DNA of 64,000 bases. It comes from Rebecca billardiae RCC1528 (lineage: Eukaryota; Protista; Haptophyta). Of the stretch, positions 1 to 10,928 are shown piece after piece. The stretch's first letter is position 1. Each line of letters starts with the position of its first letter. Location: NCBI GenBank assembly GCA_965240325.2, contig OZ251251.1, positions 124,001-188,000 on the forward strand, written 5' to 3'. Position numbers and translations under genes: made by a program. Under the pieces are notes generated by a model that was given only the letters and a program-made list of their open reading frames with translations, was not told where the DNA came from and ran no database searches.

Positions 1-1
1 C

Positions 2-1375
2 GTGCGGCTGACCGACGTGCCGCCCGAGCTGATCGCGCGCATTCTCGCCCACCTCGATGACGTGCGCGACCTCGCCGCCGCCAACGCCGCCGCGCGCCTC
101 TTCCGCGGCGCGCCGCTCGAGCACGCGCTGCGCGAGCGCGCGCGCGCGCGCGGGCACGAGGCCGCGCTGCCGGCGGCCCTGCCCGCGGGCGTGTCCACGT
201 GGGCGGAGGAGCTCTTCGCGCGTGAGCGCATACTGAAGCTCGCGCACACGCACGCGCACGTCGCGTCCGCCAGCCCACACCCCTTGGAGAGATTGTCTGC
301 CTTTGTCGACGGTGCCGGCGGCGTGCACACATGCGGCGCGCGGCTGGGCCATCCCGAGCTCAGCATGGAGACGTACGTGCGCGTGCCTACGCGCGTGAGC
401 TCGCTGGCGGCGGTGCGCGTGCGAGCAGTGGCTGCCGGCAGCTTCCACCTGCTCGCGCTGAGCGAGGCGGGCGCCGTGTACGCGTGCGGCAGCAACGGCT
501 ACGGCCAGCTGGGCGTGGGCGACAAGGCTGAGCGACGGGCGTTCGTGCAGGTGGCGGCGCTGGGCGCGGCGCTCGTCGTCGGCATAAGCGCTGGCGGTGG
601 CCATAGCCTCGCGCTCTCGGCTGCCGGCGCGGCGTACAGCTGGGGCCGCAACTGCGATGGCCAGCTCGGCCACGGCGACACGGAGCACCGGCTGGAGCCG
701 ACGCGCATCGAGGCGCTGGACGGCGTGCGCGTGGGCGGCGTGGCCACGGGCGGCGACCACACGCTGCTCCTCTCGGCGTGCGGCGCCGTGTACTCGTGCG
801 GGGCTGCCATTGGTGGTCGCCTTGGCCACGGTGACGAGCAGCGGCAGCGCACGCCGACGCGCATCGAGGCGCTCGCGGGCGTGCGCGCCGTGCACGTGAG
901 CGCGGGCTCAGGGCACAGCCTGGTGGTGGACGCGGCGGGCGGCGTGCACTCCTTCGGATACAATTATTGTGGTGCGCTCGGCCACGGTGACGATGTGCAT
1001 GTTGTGGTGCCCACGCGCATCGAGGCACTGGGCGGCATGCGTGTCGTGCGCGCCAGCGCGGGCGTTTGCAACAGCGCGGTGGTGTGCGCGGACGGCAGCG
1101 TGCACGCGTTTGGGAGCAACCACTGTAACCTTCTGGGGCTGGGGGACCGAATGGATCGCGCGCTGCCCGAGCGGGTGGAGGGCCTCGCGCATGCGCGCGT
1201 GGTCGACTGCTCGCTTGGCCACGTGCACACCCTCTACGTCACAGCGGACGGCGGCGTGCACGCGTGCGGCACACGTTCGGCCGCGCTCGGCCTGGGCGTG
1301 GGCGACGATGGCGGAGTGCAGACGACGCTTCAGCGCGTGGTGCAGCTGCCGCCCCTGCGCTGTGGGCTGCGCTGA
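2..1375 (+). CDS. F-box + RCC1-repeat protein, cluster 1 copy 1 (5' end outside window)
   Basis: F-box-like LTDVPPELIARILAHLDDVRDL followed by RCC1 blades (AAGxxHxL...WGxNxxGQLGHGD...PTRIEAL); intronless; TGA at 1373-1375. Confidence 0.9.
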   Translation: MRLTDVPPELIARILAHLDDVRDLAAANAAARLFRGAPLEHALRERARARGHEAALPAALPAGVSTWAEELFARERILKLAHTHAHVASASPHPLERLSAFVDGAGGVHTCGARLGHPELSMETYVRVPTRVSSLAAVRVRAVAAGSFHLLALSEAGAVYACGSNGYGQLGVGDKAERRAFVQVAALGAALVVGISAGGGHSLALSAAGAAYSWGRNCDGQLGHGDTEHRLEPTRIEALDGVRVGGVATGGDHTLLLSACGAVYSCGAAIGGRLGHGDEQRQRTPTRIEALAGVRAVHVSAGSGHSLVVDAAGGVHSFGYNYCGALGHGDDVHVVVPTRIEALGGMRVVRASAGVCNSAVVCADGSVHAFGSNHCNLLGLGDRMDRALPERVEGLAHARVVDCSLGHVHTLYVTADGGVHACGTRSAALGLGVGDDGGVQTTLQRVVQLPPLRCGLR

Positions 1376-1900
1376 GCGGCCGGCTCGTGGTGGGTGCGGT
1401 GCTCATCTGCAGCCTTGTGAGTGCGGCGTGCACACGCGCCGCGCATGCAGCCTCGCGTGCCAGCACTGCGGTGCTGAGCAGCCCGGCGCTCGAGCTCGCG
1501 CTGCGCGTGCGTGGCGTGGTGATGCGCCGGCGATCGAATGGCCCAATCCGAAGGCGCGATGGCATTGTAGGGGGGCGGCACTCATCATCGAGAGTGAGAC
1601 GATTGAGCATCTGAGATCATCTGGATGCATGGATGCGCACAGTGCCATTGAGCAGCAGCTGCTCGCGTGGGTTCCGCGCGCACACCGTGCTGACGCACGA
1701 GCTATCTGTCGTACATTCTGCAAGTACGGCAATACGACTGTACACGTTGTACACTGAGGTCGTTCAGATACTGATGAGTCTGTAAGGCAGTCGTAAGCTA
1801 GTACTGTATGCCGATTGTATGGGGGTAATGTCGTCCTCCCAGTCGCCTGAGTTCGGGCCAACCGTCGTCGTCCAGCGACTCGGCCCGGCGTGGGCAACAG

Positions 1901-3310
1901 ATGGCACCGACGACGCGCTCGCGTACCAAGGCGCGCTCGGCAGCGGCGGCCGTCCGGCTGACCGACGTGCCGCCCGAGCTGATCGCGCGCATCCTCGTCC
2001 ACCTCGATGCCGTGCGCGACCTCGCCGCCGCCAACGCCGCCGCGCGCCTCTTCCGCGGCGCGCCGCTCGAGCACGCGCTGCGCGAGCGCGCGCGCGCGCG
2101 CGGGCACGAGGCCGCGTTGCCGGCAGCCCTGCCCGCGGGCGTGTCCACGTGGGTGGAGGAGCTGTTTGCGCGCGAGCGCGTGTTCGAGCTCGCGCGCGCG
2201 CACACGAACGCCGTCTCTGCCAGCCAATGTTCCGCCTTTGTCACCGCGGACGGTGGCGTGCTCACGTGCGGCGCGCCGCTGGGCCATCCTGAGCTCAGCA
2301 GGGAGGCGCCCGTGCGCGTGCCGACGCGCGTGAGCTCGCTGGGGGCGGTACGCGTGCGCGCCGTGGCAGCCGGTGGTAAGCACCTGCTCGCGCTGAGCGA
2401 GGCGGGCGCCGTGTACGCGTGCGGCAGCAACGACTACGGCCAGCTGGGCGTGGGCGACAAGGCTGAGCGACGGGCGTTCGTGCAGGTGGCGGCGCTGGGC
2501 TCGGAGCTCGTCGTCGGCTTCGCGGCTGGTTGGCACCATAGCCTCGCGCTCACGGCTGCCGACGTGGTGTACAGCTGGGGCGGCAACGGCCACGGCCAGC
2601 TCGGCCATGGTGACACAAAGAAGCGGCTGCAGCCGACGCGCATCGAGGCGCTGGACGGCGTGCGCGTGGGCGGCGTGGCCGCGGGCAGTGGGCACACGCT
2701 GCTGCTTTCGGCGTGCGGCGCCGTGTACTCGTGTGGCGACGGCATGCACGGCCGCCTTGGCCACGACGACTGGCAGGCGCAGCACACGCCACTGCGCATT
2801 GAGGCGCTGGACGGCGTGCGCGCCGTGCACGTGAGCGCGGGCTCAGGGCACAGCCTGGTGGTGGACGCAGCGGGCGGCGTGCACTCCTTTGGGTACGGTC
2901 CTCGTGGCGCGCTCGGCCGCGGTGGCGAGGCGCGTTGTCTGGTGCCCACGCGCATCGAAGCACTGGGTGGCATGCGTGCCGTGCGCGCCAGCGCGAGCTG
3001 TGACAACAGTGCGGTGGTGTGCGCGGACGGCAGCGTGCACACGTTCGGGTTCAACTACTACGGCCAGCTGGGGCTGGGGGACACATTGGATCGCACGCTG
3101 CCCGAGCGGGTGGAGGGCCTCGCGCACGCGCGCGTGCTCGGCTGCTCACTTGGCGGTCGCCACACCCTCTACGTCACAGCGGACGGCGGCGTGCACGCGT
3201 GCGGCGCACATGTGGGCGCGCTCGGCCTGGGCGTGGGCGACGATGGCGGAGAGCAGCCGACGCCGCAGCGCGTGGTGCAGCTGCCGCCCCTGCGCTCTGA
3301 GGCGTGCTGA
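1901..3310 (+). CDS. F-box + RCC1-repeat protein, cluster 1 copy 2
   Basis: 469-aa ORF starting MAPTTR; same architecture as copy 1. Confidence 0.92.
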   Translation: MAPTTRSRTKARSAAAAVRLTDVPPELIARILVHLDAVRDLAAANAAARLFRGAPLEHALRERARARGHEAALPAALPAGVSTWVEELFARERVFELARAHTNAVSASQCSAFVTADGGVLTCGAPLGHPELSREAPVRVPTRVSSLGAVRVRAVAAGGKHLLALSEAGAVYACGSNDYGQLGVGDKAERRAFVQVAALGSELVVGFAAGWHHSLALTAADVVYSWGGNGHGQLGHGDTKKRLQPTRIEALDGVRVGGVAAGSGHTLLLSACGAVYSCGDGMHGRLGHDDWQAQHTPLRIEALDGVRAVHVSAGSGHSLVVDAAGGVHSFGYGPRGALGRGGEARCLVPTRIEALGGMRAVRASASCDNSAVVCADGSVHTFGFNYYGQLGLGDTLDRTLPERVEGLAHARVLGCSLGGRHTLYVTADGGVHACGAHVGALGLGVGDDGGEQPTPQRVVQLPPLRSEAC

Positions 3311-3799
3311 GAGGCGGGCCCCGTGGCAGTTGTGGTGCTCACGCGCAGTGTTGCGAGTGCGGCGTGTACACGGGCCATTGATGCAGCCTCGGGTGGCAGC
3401 ACAGCGCGGTGCTGCTGGAGCAGGAGCAGCCGCTCGCGCTGGCGGCTGCGCGTGGCATGATGCGCCGGCGGATGGCGCGAGGGCATTGTGATTGTGGCAG
3501 GCGGGCACTCGTCATCGAGATTGAGAAGGAGATGATGCGCGCATCGCCATTGAGCATCAGCTGCGCGCGTGGGTTCCGCGCGCACACTGCCGTGCCGCTG
3601 ATGCACTGAATATGCATGCATTCTACTACAATAAGTAGTCAGACACGACTGTACACGTTCGTCAACAGAGTATTGCTGTACGACTGTCGTATGATGACTG
3701 ACTGTACTGTAATGTCCAGCTACTCCTCGCCGAGTTAGAGTGGGCAGTCGGGGAGCAACCGGAAACCTGCTGTCCTCATCGTCGGCGCGGGCCAACAGC

Positions 3800-5230
3800 A
3801 TGGCGCCGACGACACGCGCGCGTACCATGCGCAAGACGCTCTCAGCCGCGGCGGCCGCGCGGCTGACCGACGTGCCGCCCGAGCTGATCGCGCGCATTCT
3901 CGCCCACCTCGATGACGTGCGCGACCTCGTCGCCGCCAACGCCGCCGCTCGCCTCTTCCGCGGCGCGCCGCTCGAGCACGTGCTGCGCGAGCGCACGCGC
4001 GCGCGCGGGCACGAGGCCGCGCTGCCGGCGGCCCTACCCGCGGGCGTGTCCACGTGGGCGGAGGAGCTCTTCGCGCGTGAGCACATACTGGAACTCGCGC
4101 ACGCGCACACGTACGTCGCGTCCGCCAGCCCAACCTTCGGCATGGGCTTCTCCGCCTTTGTTGACGGTGCCGGCGGCGTGCACACGTGCGGCACACCGCT
4201 AGGCCATCCCGAGCTCAGCATGGAGACGGCCGTGCGCGTGCCGACGCGCGTGGGGTCGCTGGAGGCGTTGCGTGTCGCTGCGCTGGCGGCCGGCAGCTTC
4301 CACCTGCTCGCGCTGAGCGAGGCGGGCGCCGTGTACGCGTGCGGCTGCAACGACCGCTGCCAGCTGGGCGTGGGCGACAAGGCTGAGCGACGGGCGTTCG
4401 TGCAGGTGGCGGCGCTGGGCGCGGAGCTCGTCGTCAGCATAAGCGCTGGCGATGGCCACAGCCTCGCGCTCACGGCTGTCGGCGTGGCGTACAGCTGGGG
4501 TTACAACAGCAATGGCCAGCTCGGCCACGGCGACACAAAGCACCGGCTGCAGCCGACGCGCATCGAGGCGCTGGACGGCGTGCGCATCGGTGGCGTAGCC
4601 GCTGGCAGTGGGCATACGCTGCTGCTCTCGGCCCGCGGCGCCGTGTACTCGTGCGGCGACGGCTTGTACGGTCGCCTTGGCCACGGTAACGCGCAGCGGC
4701 AGCGCACGCCGAGGTGCATCGAGGCGCTTGCTGGCGTGCGCGCCGTGCACGTGAGCGCTGGTACGGCGCACAGCCTGGTGGTGGACGCAGCGGGCGGCGT
4801 GCACTCGTTCGGAGACGGCTCTCGTGGTGCGCTCGGCCACAGATACGCGGCGCATCGCTTGGTGCCCACGCGCATCGAGGCACTAGGCGGCACGCGTGCC
4901 GTGCGCGCCAGCGCAGGCGTTTTCAGCAGCGCTGTGGTGTGCGCTGACGGCAGCGTGCACACGTTTGGGTTCAACCGCAGTGGCCAGCTGGGGCTGGGGG
5001 ACACAGTGTATCGCATGCTGCCCGAGCGGGTGGAGGGCCTCGCGCACGCGCGCGTGCTCGGCTGCTCACTTGGCGGTCGTCACACCCTCTACGTCACAGC
5101 GGACGGCGGCGTGCACGCGTGCGGCGCACATGTGGGTGCGCTCGGCCTGGGCGTGGGCATCGATGGCGGAGAGCAGCCGACGCCGCAGCGCGTGGTGCAG
5201 CTGCCGCCCCTGCGCTCTGAGGCGTGCTGA
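3800..5230 (+). CDS. F-box + RCC1-repeat protein, cluster 1 copy 3
   Basis: ATG at 3800 (MAPTTR, homologous to the copy 2 start); 3' end and downstream sequence almost identical to copy 2. Confidence 0.92.
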   Translation: MAPTTRARTMRKTLSAAAAARLTDVPPELIARILAHLDDVRDLVAANAAARLFRGAPLEHVLRERTRARGHEAALPAALPAGVSTWAEELFAREHILELAHAHTYVASASPTFGMGFSAFVDGAGGVHTCGTPLGHPELSMETAVRVPTRVGSLEALRVAALAAGSFHLLALSEAGAVYACGCNDRCQLGVGDKAERRAFVQVAALGAELVVSISAGDGHSLALTAVGVAYSWGYNSNGQLGHGDTKHRLQPTRIEALDGVRIGGVAAGSGHTLLLSARGAVYSCGDGLYGRLGHGNAQRQRTPRCIEALAGVRAVHVSAGTAHSLVVDAAGGVHSFGDGSRGALGHRYAAHRLVPTRIEALGGTRAVRASAGVFSSAVVCADGSVHTFGFNRSGQLGLGDTVYRMLPERVEGLAHARVLGCSLGGRHTLYVTADGGVHACGAHVGALGLGVGIDGGEQPTPQRVVQLPPLRSEAC

Positions 5231-6289
5231 GAGGCGGGCCCCGTGGCAGTTGTGGTGCTCACGCGCAGTCGCGCGAGTGCGGCGTGTACACGGGCCATGG
5301 ATGCAGCCTCGGGTGGCAGCACAGCGCGGTGCTGCTGGAGCCGCAGGAGCAGCCGCTCGCTGCTGGCGGCTGCGCGTGGCATCACGGTGGCATGATGCGC
5401 CGGCGGATGGCGCGAGGGCATTCTTGTAGCAGGGGGGGCACTCGTCATCGATACGTAAGTAGAGTGAGAGAAGGAGATAATGATGCGCGCACGCATTATA
5501 TAATAAGTTGCCGCGCCATTGAGCAGCATCAGCTGCGCGCGGCGTCGGCCCGGGCGGTTCCGCGCGCGCACACGCGGCGCGCGCTGTGCTGTCGCCGACA
5601 ATACTACTGCTGCGCAATATATATACGGCTTATATAATAATATGATACGGATACCGCCAGCACGCGTCGACCATGAGGTGATGAGTCGCATGACGAGACG
5701 ACTGATGAGCGCAGTCATGAGCAGTACCGTAATAATCCGTAGCTAGTATGCGGCGCGCATCATTCACATCAACTCACAGTCACACAGCCACAGGTTTAAG
5801 GTTACTCACACGGTTCACGCCCGTTCGGTCAGCGCGGTGACGCCGAAGTCGGCGCTGGCCAGCACCGTACTGCTCCCGTACTACGTACGACGTTACGGTA
5901 TAGCAGTACTATTATACTCGACTGGACGTCGGAGCATCAGCGGCCCAGCGCGCGGGTGGCGCCACGCCTGCGAACCGCCTGCCGCGCCGGTGGGCACACG
6001 CGTCCAGCGCGCAAGTGCCCGAAGCGACGCCGTGCGTGCAGGCCCCCGTTCCCTCCCTGGCCCTTCACCCGCTCTTCCGCAGCCATCACCTTCGACCGGT
6101 GGTGCGGCGCGCTTGAGTGCACGCGCCGCGCCGACTCGGCGCCGCCGCCCGCGATGCGCGGGGGCCGGTGGCGGCGGCTCTCCGACGGCGCTGCATCCCC
6201 AGAGTCCGGGACATCCCCCGAGTCCAGGGGACGCAGCTGGGTTCTGGGGGCGTGGGGCTCGCGCGCGAGCCCCGCCGCACACCCACCCG

Positions 6290-6352
6290 TGCGTGCTGCG
6301 TGCGTGCGTGCGTGCGTGCGTGCGTGTTTGCTTGCTTGCTTGCTTGCTTGCT
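6290..6352. repeat. (GCGT)n/(GCTT)n compound microsatellite
   Basis: Directly visible, just downstream of the minus-strand phosphorylase gene. Confidence 0.9.
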
Positions 6353-6439
6353 TGGGTCGTCGTCCGGTACCAGTCCGGTGCCACCTTCGCCCGGGGCTCG
6401 GCCGTGCGCTGCGGTGCCCAGCGCCCGCGCCGGCGTCGC

Positions 6440-8129
6440 TCACGCGTGCTGCCCGGGCGGCGGCACGGCGGCGGCGGCGAGCATCTCGGCGATCGACTCG
6501 GGCGTGAGCTTGGCGTACGTCTCCTCCGCGTACGCCGTGAAGATCCCCGCCATCTCGAACCCGCCCAGCCGCTCGCCGTACGTCTTCCACGAGACTTCCG
6601 CCTGCACCTTGGTCCGGGCGAAGAGGAAGCAGAGGCCACTCGGGGAGAAGGCCACGTTGTACGGCGTGTCCGCGGCGTGGCAGCGGGCGATGGCGGCGAG
6701 CAGCGACGCGCGCCCGGCGGCGGAGCGGTACGAGAAGCCCACGTGCGCCGCGGGGTACCCCTTGAGCTGCACCGAGCCGCCCTGCGCGCAGCAGCAGCCG
6801 TGTCGGGCGGGCGGGGCGGGGCGGGGGAGCAGCGGTGAGCGCGGCCGGCCGGGCGGGCGGGCGGGCGCGGGCGGGCGGGCGGCGGTGGCGGCGGTGGCAA
6901 CGCGCGGCGGCGCGGCGCACCTCGAGCGTGTCCGCGTCGACCGGCGCGCCGTCCTCGCCCACCGCCTCGAACCGCTCCAGCGGCAGCGCCTCGTCGGTGA
7001 GGTGGATGTGGAGGTGGTTGATCGAAGCGGCGGCGCCCCACGAGTTGAACGAGGCGGAGAAGCCGTTACGCGCCCCGGACTCGCCGTTACGCCCGGACTC
7101 GGCGGGGCAGCTGGCGAGCAGCTCGGCGAGCGCTTCGAGCGCGGCGGGCGAGAGCCGCTGCGGCGCGAGCTGCGCGGAGACGAGCAGCATGTGCGTGTCC
7201 GCCACCGGGAACTTGTTGGGCAGCACGGAGTAGGGCGCCGCGCCGCAGCAGCAGCCCGCGTCCGCGCCCGCGCCGCCGTCCGCGTTGCCGCCGGCCGGCG
7301 CCGCGCCGCCGCCGCCGAGCTGCACGGTGGCGAGCACCTCGGCGGGGTTGACCTTGGTGAAGTTGAACTTGGCCGGGTCGGGCACGGCGTTCACCTCGAT
7401 CTCGCCGTTCGGGTCCACGCTCGGGTCCGCCGCGAGCGCCGCCGCCTGCGGGTTGGGCTTCTTGTGGCGCCGCGCGTCCAGCCGGACTTTGAACGGTCCG
7501 GCGCGTTTCGTCACGGGGCAGTCCGACGCGTCGTACGCGATGAGCTGGTCGGCGGAGCCGGGCGGCGCGGCGGCGGACGCGTGGAGGCAGCCGGCGAAGA
7601 GCTCGCGCAGCCACGCCGCGCTCGGCTGCGCCGTCGCCTCCTCAGCCGCCGCCGCCGCGGCCGCCTCTGCGCCGCCGGACGCGGAGGACTCGGCCGAGGA
7701 GGAGGAGGAGGAGGGCGCGCGGGAGATGGGCGGCGTGAGGACCTCGGCGACGCTGGGCTCCGTCGGCATCTTGGACGTCTTGGCCGGCGCGTCGAGCGAG
7801 AGCGGCGGCAGCGCCGACTCCGCCGCGCGGCTGAGGAGCACCGGACTTGCCCACGGCAGGACTGGCGACTCCTGCGGCGCGCGGCCGCCGCCGCCGCCGC
7901 CGCCGCGGAGCGCGGGCATGGACCAGCAGGCGGGGATGAGGCCGACGGGCGGCGGCGGCGCGGCGGCGGCGGCGAACGCCGACGCCTGCGCGCGCTCCGC
8001 CCTCGCCGCTGGCGCGAGGCCGAGCGACGACATCGTGAGCGAAGCCTTGATGGGCCGCGGCGGCGGCGGGCCGCGGAGGTGGTTCTTGTCCAGGGCCGGG
8101 GTCATCGCGGGCTGGCTGTAGAGCATCAT
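6440..8129 (-). CDS. GDP-D-glucose phosphorylase 1 / VTC2-family HIT nucleotide-sugar phosphorylase (exons 8129-6921, 6781-6440)
   Basis: Motifs FNFTKV, NKFPVADTHMLLV, SFNSWGAAASINHLHIH (HxHxH as in GDPGP1; plant VTC2 has HxHxQ), PYNV, GGFEMAG. Phase-0 GT-AG intron at 6782-6920 joins two ORFs. Confidence 0.85.
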
Positions 8130-8131
8130 GG

Positions 8132-8388
8132 TTAGCGCCTCTTACCGAGCTTCTTGACGTACCTGCGCGCGGCCGGCACGCGCGGCGCGGGGACGGTCAG
8201 TGCACGCGTGTCGCGCGCGCGCGCGCAGACGCGTAATTGTGCCGCGCGCCGCGCTCGCGCCGCCGCGTGCGCGCGCCGCGGCCGCGGGGCGCGGCGTGGG
8301 CGCGCGCGTGCACGCACCCGGTGAGAAGAGTCGGGTGCTGGTTGAGCCGCGTGGTGCTAGTCTTGTCCGCGAGCGAGCAGGTGGGCAC
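8132..8388 (-). promoter_or_regulatory. Candidate spliced upstream ORF in the leader of the phosphorylase gene
   Basis: GTGCGT donor at 8317 and GCGCAG acceptor at 8163 give (V)PTCSLADKTSTTRLNQHPTLLTG|YVKKLGKRR*. TAA ends 2 nt before the main ATG. No AUG start (GTG at 8388). Confidence 0.45.
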
Positions 8389-9293
8389 GCGCCTGCTTGC
8401 TCACTCTACGCCAGCCGGTGACGACGGGGCCCTGAGAATCCTCTGGACGACGCTGGGCCCTTTGGTGCAGCGACACGCTCCAAAGCCAACGCCCGTGGCT
8501 TTTCAGTTCGCCGACGGGCACACACGTGCACGGCCGCCCGGCGGACGTGCCTCTTCGAGAGGGTAAAACGGAAGGGCGTGGGAATCTTTCACTGTATGAT
8601 TTTGCCTGACGTGGCTCCGACTCAAAGTACTCAACTATCACGGTGTTCGCAGCTTCCTAGAAAGGGCGGGTACGTGCCGTACGTCGGCGACCTATCTCGA
8701 CGCCAATTTTCGAACGGAGCGGTGTGCTGAAGCGGCAGATCACCCAGATGCTGCTATGCATGCAGCGCATCCTCCTAGGCATAAGTGCAAGGCATGTTCC
8801 TTTGGGAACACTGATGATTGACTCTGATTCATCGCATCAATCGCATCTTATGACGTTTTATGGAGGGCGTTCGTTAAATCGTTGATCTCCAGATGATTCG
8901 AGATGATTGTCCGGTTCCCACTTGTCCGGTTCATAGATGCGTTCATCCGGACAGGTGCGCCGGCCGCCTTGCAAACCGTTGGGCCCGCCACGGCGGGCGG
9001 GGGGCGGCGGCGCCACGCCGCCCGGCACGTGCATGCACGGCCCCCGGCGCTTGCCCGCGTTCAGTGACACTGCGGCCCGCCTGCTCACACCCTGCCTGCC
9101 CCGTGACCGTCAGGCCGTGCCCGGCTGACCGGGGTGACGCCTCACGCCACTCGGCCAGCCGCGGCAGATCCGCCGGGCCTGACGAGTGACGGCGCCAGCT
9201 GCCCGCCCAGCGCCTGGTGTCCGGACTCTGGTCGGTCCGGCTGTCGTGTAGCACGCGGCGCGAAGGGCGGCGTGCGGCGGTTGGCGAGGCCGC

Positions 9294-10584
9294 TCACGCC
9301 GCGCCCGGCTTGGGCGGCGTGCCCTCCGCCTCCTTGCCCCCCGTCGCCTCGTCCGCGTCGATCTCGGCCGCAATCTCCTCGTCCGAGGGCAGCGACGAAT
9401 CTTCTCGAAGCTTCGCATCGGCGGCCCTCGCCGCCGCGACGGCGGCGGCCTCCTCCGCCGCGTCGAGCCGCTTGGCCTCGGCGAGCTCGTCCAGCTTGCC
9501 CAGCAGCGCCGTCGACTGCGCGTGCCCGCCCGGGGCCAGCTCGACGACCTGCGCCCACCGCCAAGCGGCGCGCGCGCGCGCGGAGGGTGGTGGCGGGGTG
9601 AGCGGCACGCGCGCGCGCGCACAGCCCACGCCCTACGCATCGCGTGCACGCCCCCGTACGTGCACACCCCTTCGTCCCACGCCCGCTCCGCGCCCGCGCC
9701 ACGCCCGCTCCGCGCCCGTTACACGCCCGTTACACGCCCGTTACACGCCCGTTACACGCCCGTTACACGCCCGTTACACGCACCTGTGCCAGCAGCTCGC
9801 GCGCGTCCTCGTGCATGCCCCACTGCAGCGCGAGCAGCGCGAGATGAAATCTCGCGCGCCAGTGGGTTTCGTCAAGGGCGAGGACGGCCTCGAACTCGTC
9901 GACGGCCTCCTGCTCGCGGTCCGAGCGCTGGTACACCACGCCGCGCAGGAAGTGCGCGTCCGCCGCGCGCGTCGCCGCGTCCTCCGCGCCCGCGGCCGCG
10001 GCCGCGCCGCCGGCCCCCTCCGGGTCAGCATGGCTGCCGGCTGCCCCGTCGCCGTCGCCGTCGGTTTCGTCAAGGACGGCGTCGAGGAGCGGCTCGGCCT
10101 CGAGCACGTCGCCCAGCCGGACGTGCGCGAACGCGAGCACCACCGACAGCCGGCGCACCTCCTCCGCCGCCGCCTGCACCGCCGCATCGCCGCCGCCGCC
10201 GGCGCCGCCGCCGCCCATCAGCAAGGCGCGCGCGTCCGCGAGCGCGCGGCTCAGGTCGAGGCGCGCCTGCTCGAGGTCCTCGCCGCGCTCGAGCGCGCGG
10301 ATCGCGTCCATATCGATTCGCTCGGCCGGCGTGCCGCCCGCGCGCGCGTCGCTCGCGCACGCGCGCGCGCCCTGTCGGCGGCGCGCGCCGCGCGCCGCGC
10401 CGCCCGCCGCCGCGCGCGCAACGATCGGCGGCGGCGCGGCATGCAGCGCGGCGAGCGGGTGCCGGGCGGCGAGGCCCGCGCCGAGGCCGAGGGGCAGGCG
10501 CGACGCCAGCGCGCGGTGGCCGCCTGCCAGCGCCGTCACCTGCAGCACCGCGAGCGACGTCGTCGCGCGCCGCGTCGTCATCAT
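9294..10584 (-). CDS. TPR-repeat protein with possible N-terminal targeting peptide (exons 10584-9784, 9548-9294)
   Basis: TPR-like AHFLRGVVYQ...EAVDEFEAVLALD...ARFHLALL...LLAQ|VVELAPG; phase-0 GT-AG intron at 9549-9783. Confidence 0.8.
9715..9780. repeat. 11-bp minisatellite (CCCGTTACACG)x6 next to the intron donor
   Basis: Six exact units in the TPR-gene intron. Confidence 0.95.
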
Positions 10585-10928
10585 CGCCGCGGCCGGCGCA
10601 GCTGTGGCGCTCTGCCGCGTGGCACTGTGGCAGCCCTCGCGGCCTTGAGCGGCGCCCCTCTGACGAGACAGAAATGATTTCGTCGCGCGATTCGCGCGTG
10701 ACCATTTAATAATGTCGAAACAAATCGCACCGCGATTTTCGGACGCACGATAGATGGTTGCGCGGCCGGACTTTCGAGATATCCGCGAGATATTCGGCCA
10801 GCGGCGGCTGAGCGGCCCGAGCCGGCTCCGGCAGTGCTCCGCCGCACCGACCGGTGAGGCGGCGAGCCAGCGCGCAAAGCCGTCTTTGAAGCCCACATCG
10901 CGCCCCACCCCACCCAGCCACCGCACGG

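Noticed and set aside
1638-1644. CACAGTG between RCC1 copies, suggesting RAG-like recombination of the receptor genes
   Set aside because: It is an isolated heptamer. Several others occur without partners (e.g. 16235, 33399, 35377), and no paired signals flank genes or blades.
2-5230. Diversity-generating retroelement as the source of RCC1 variability
   Set aside because: No reverse transcriptase or template repeat is present, and AAC codons are conserved rather than A-mutated.
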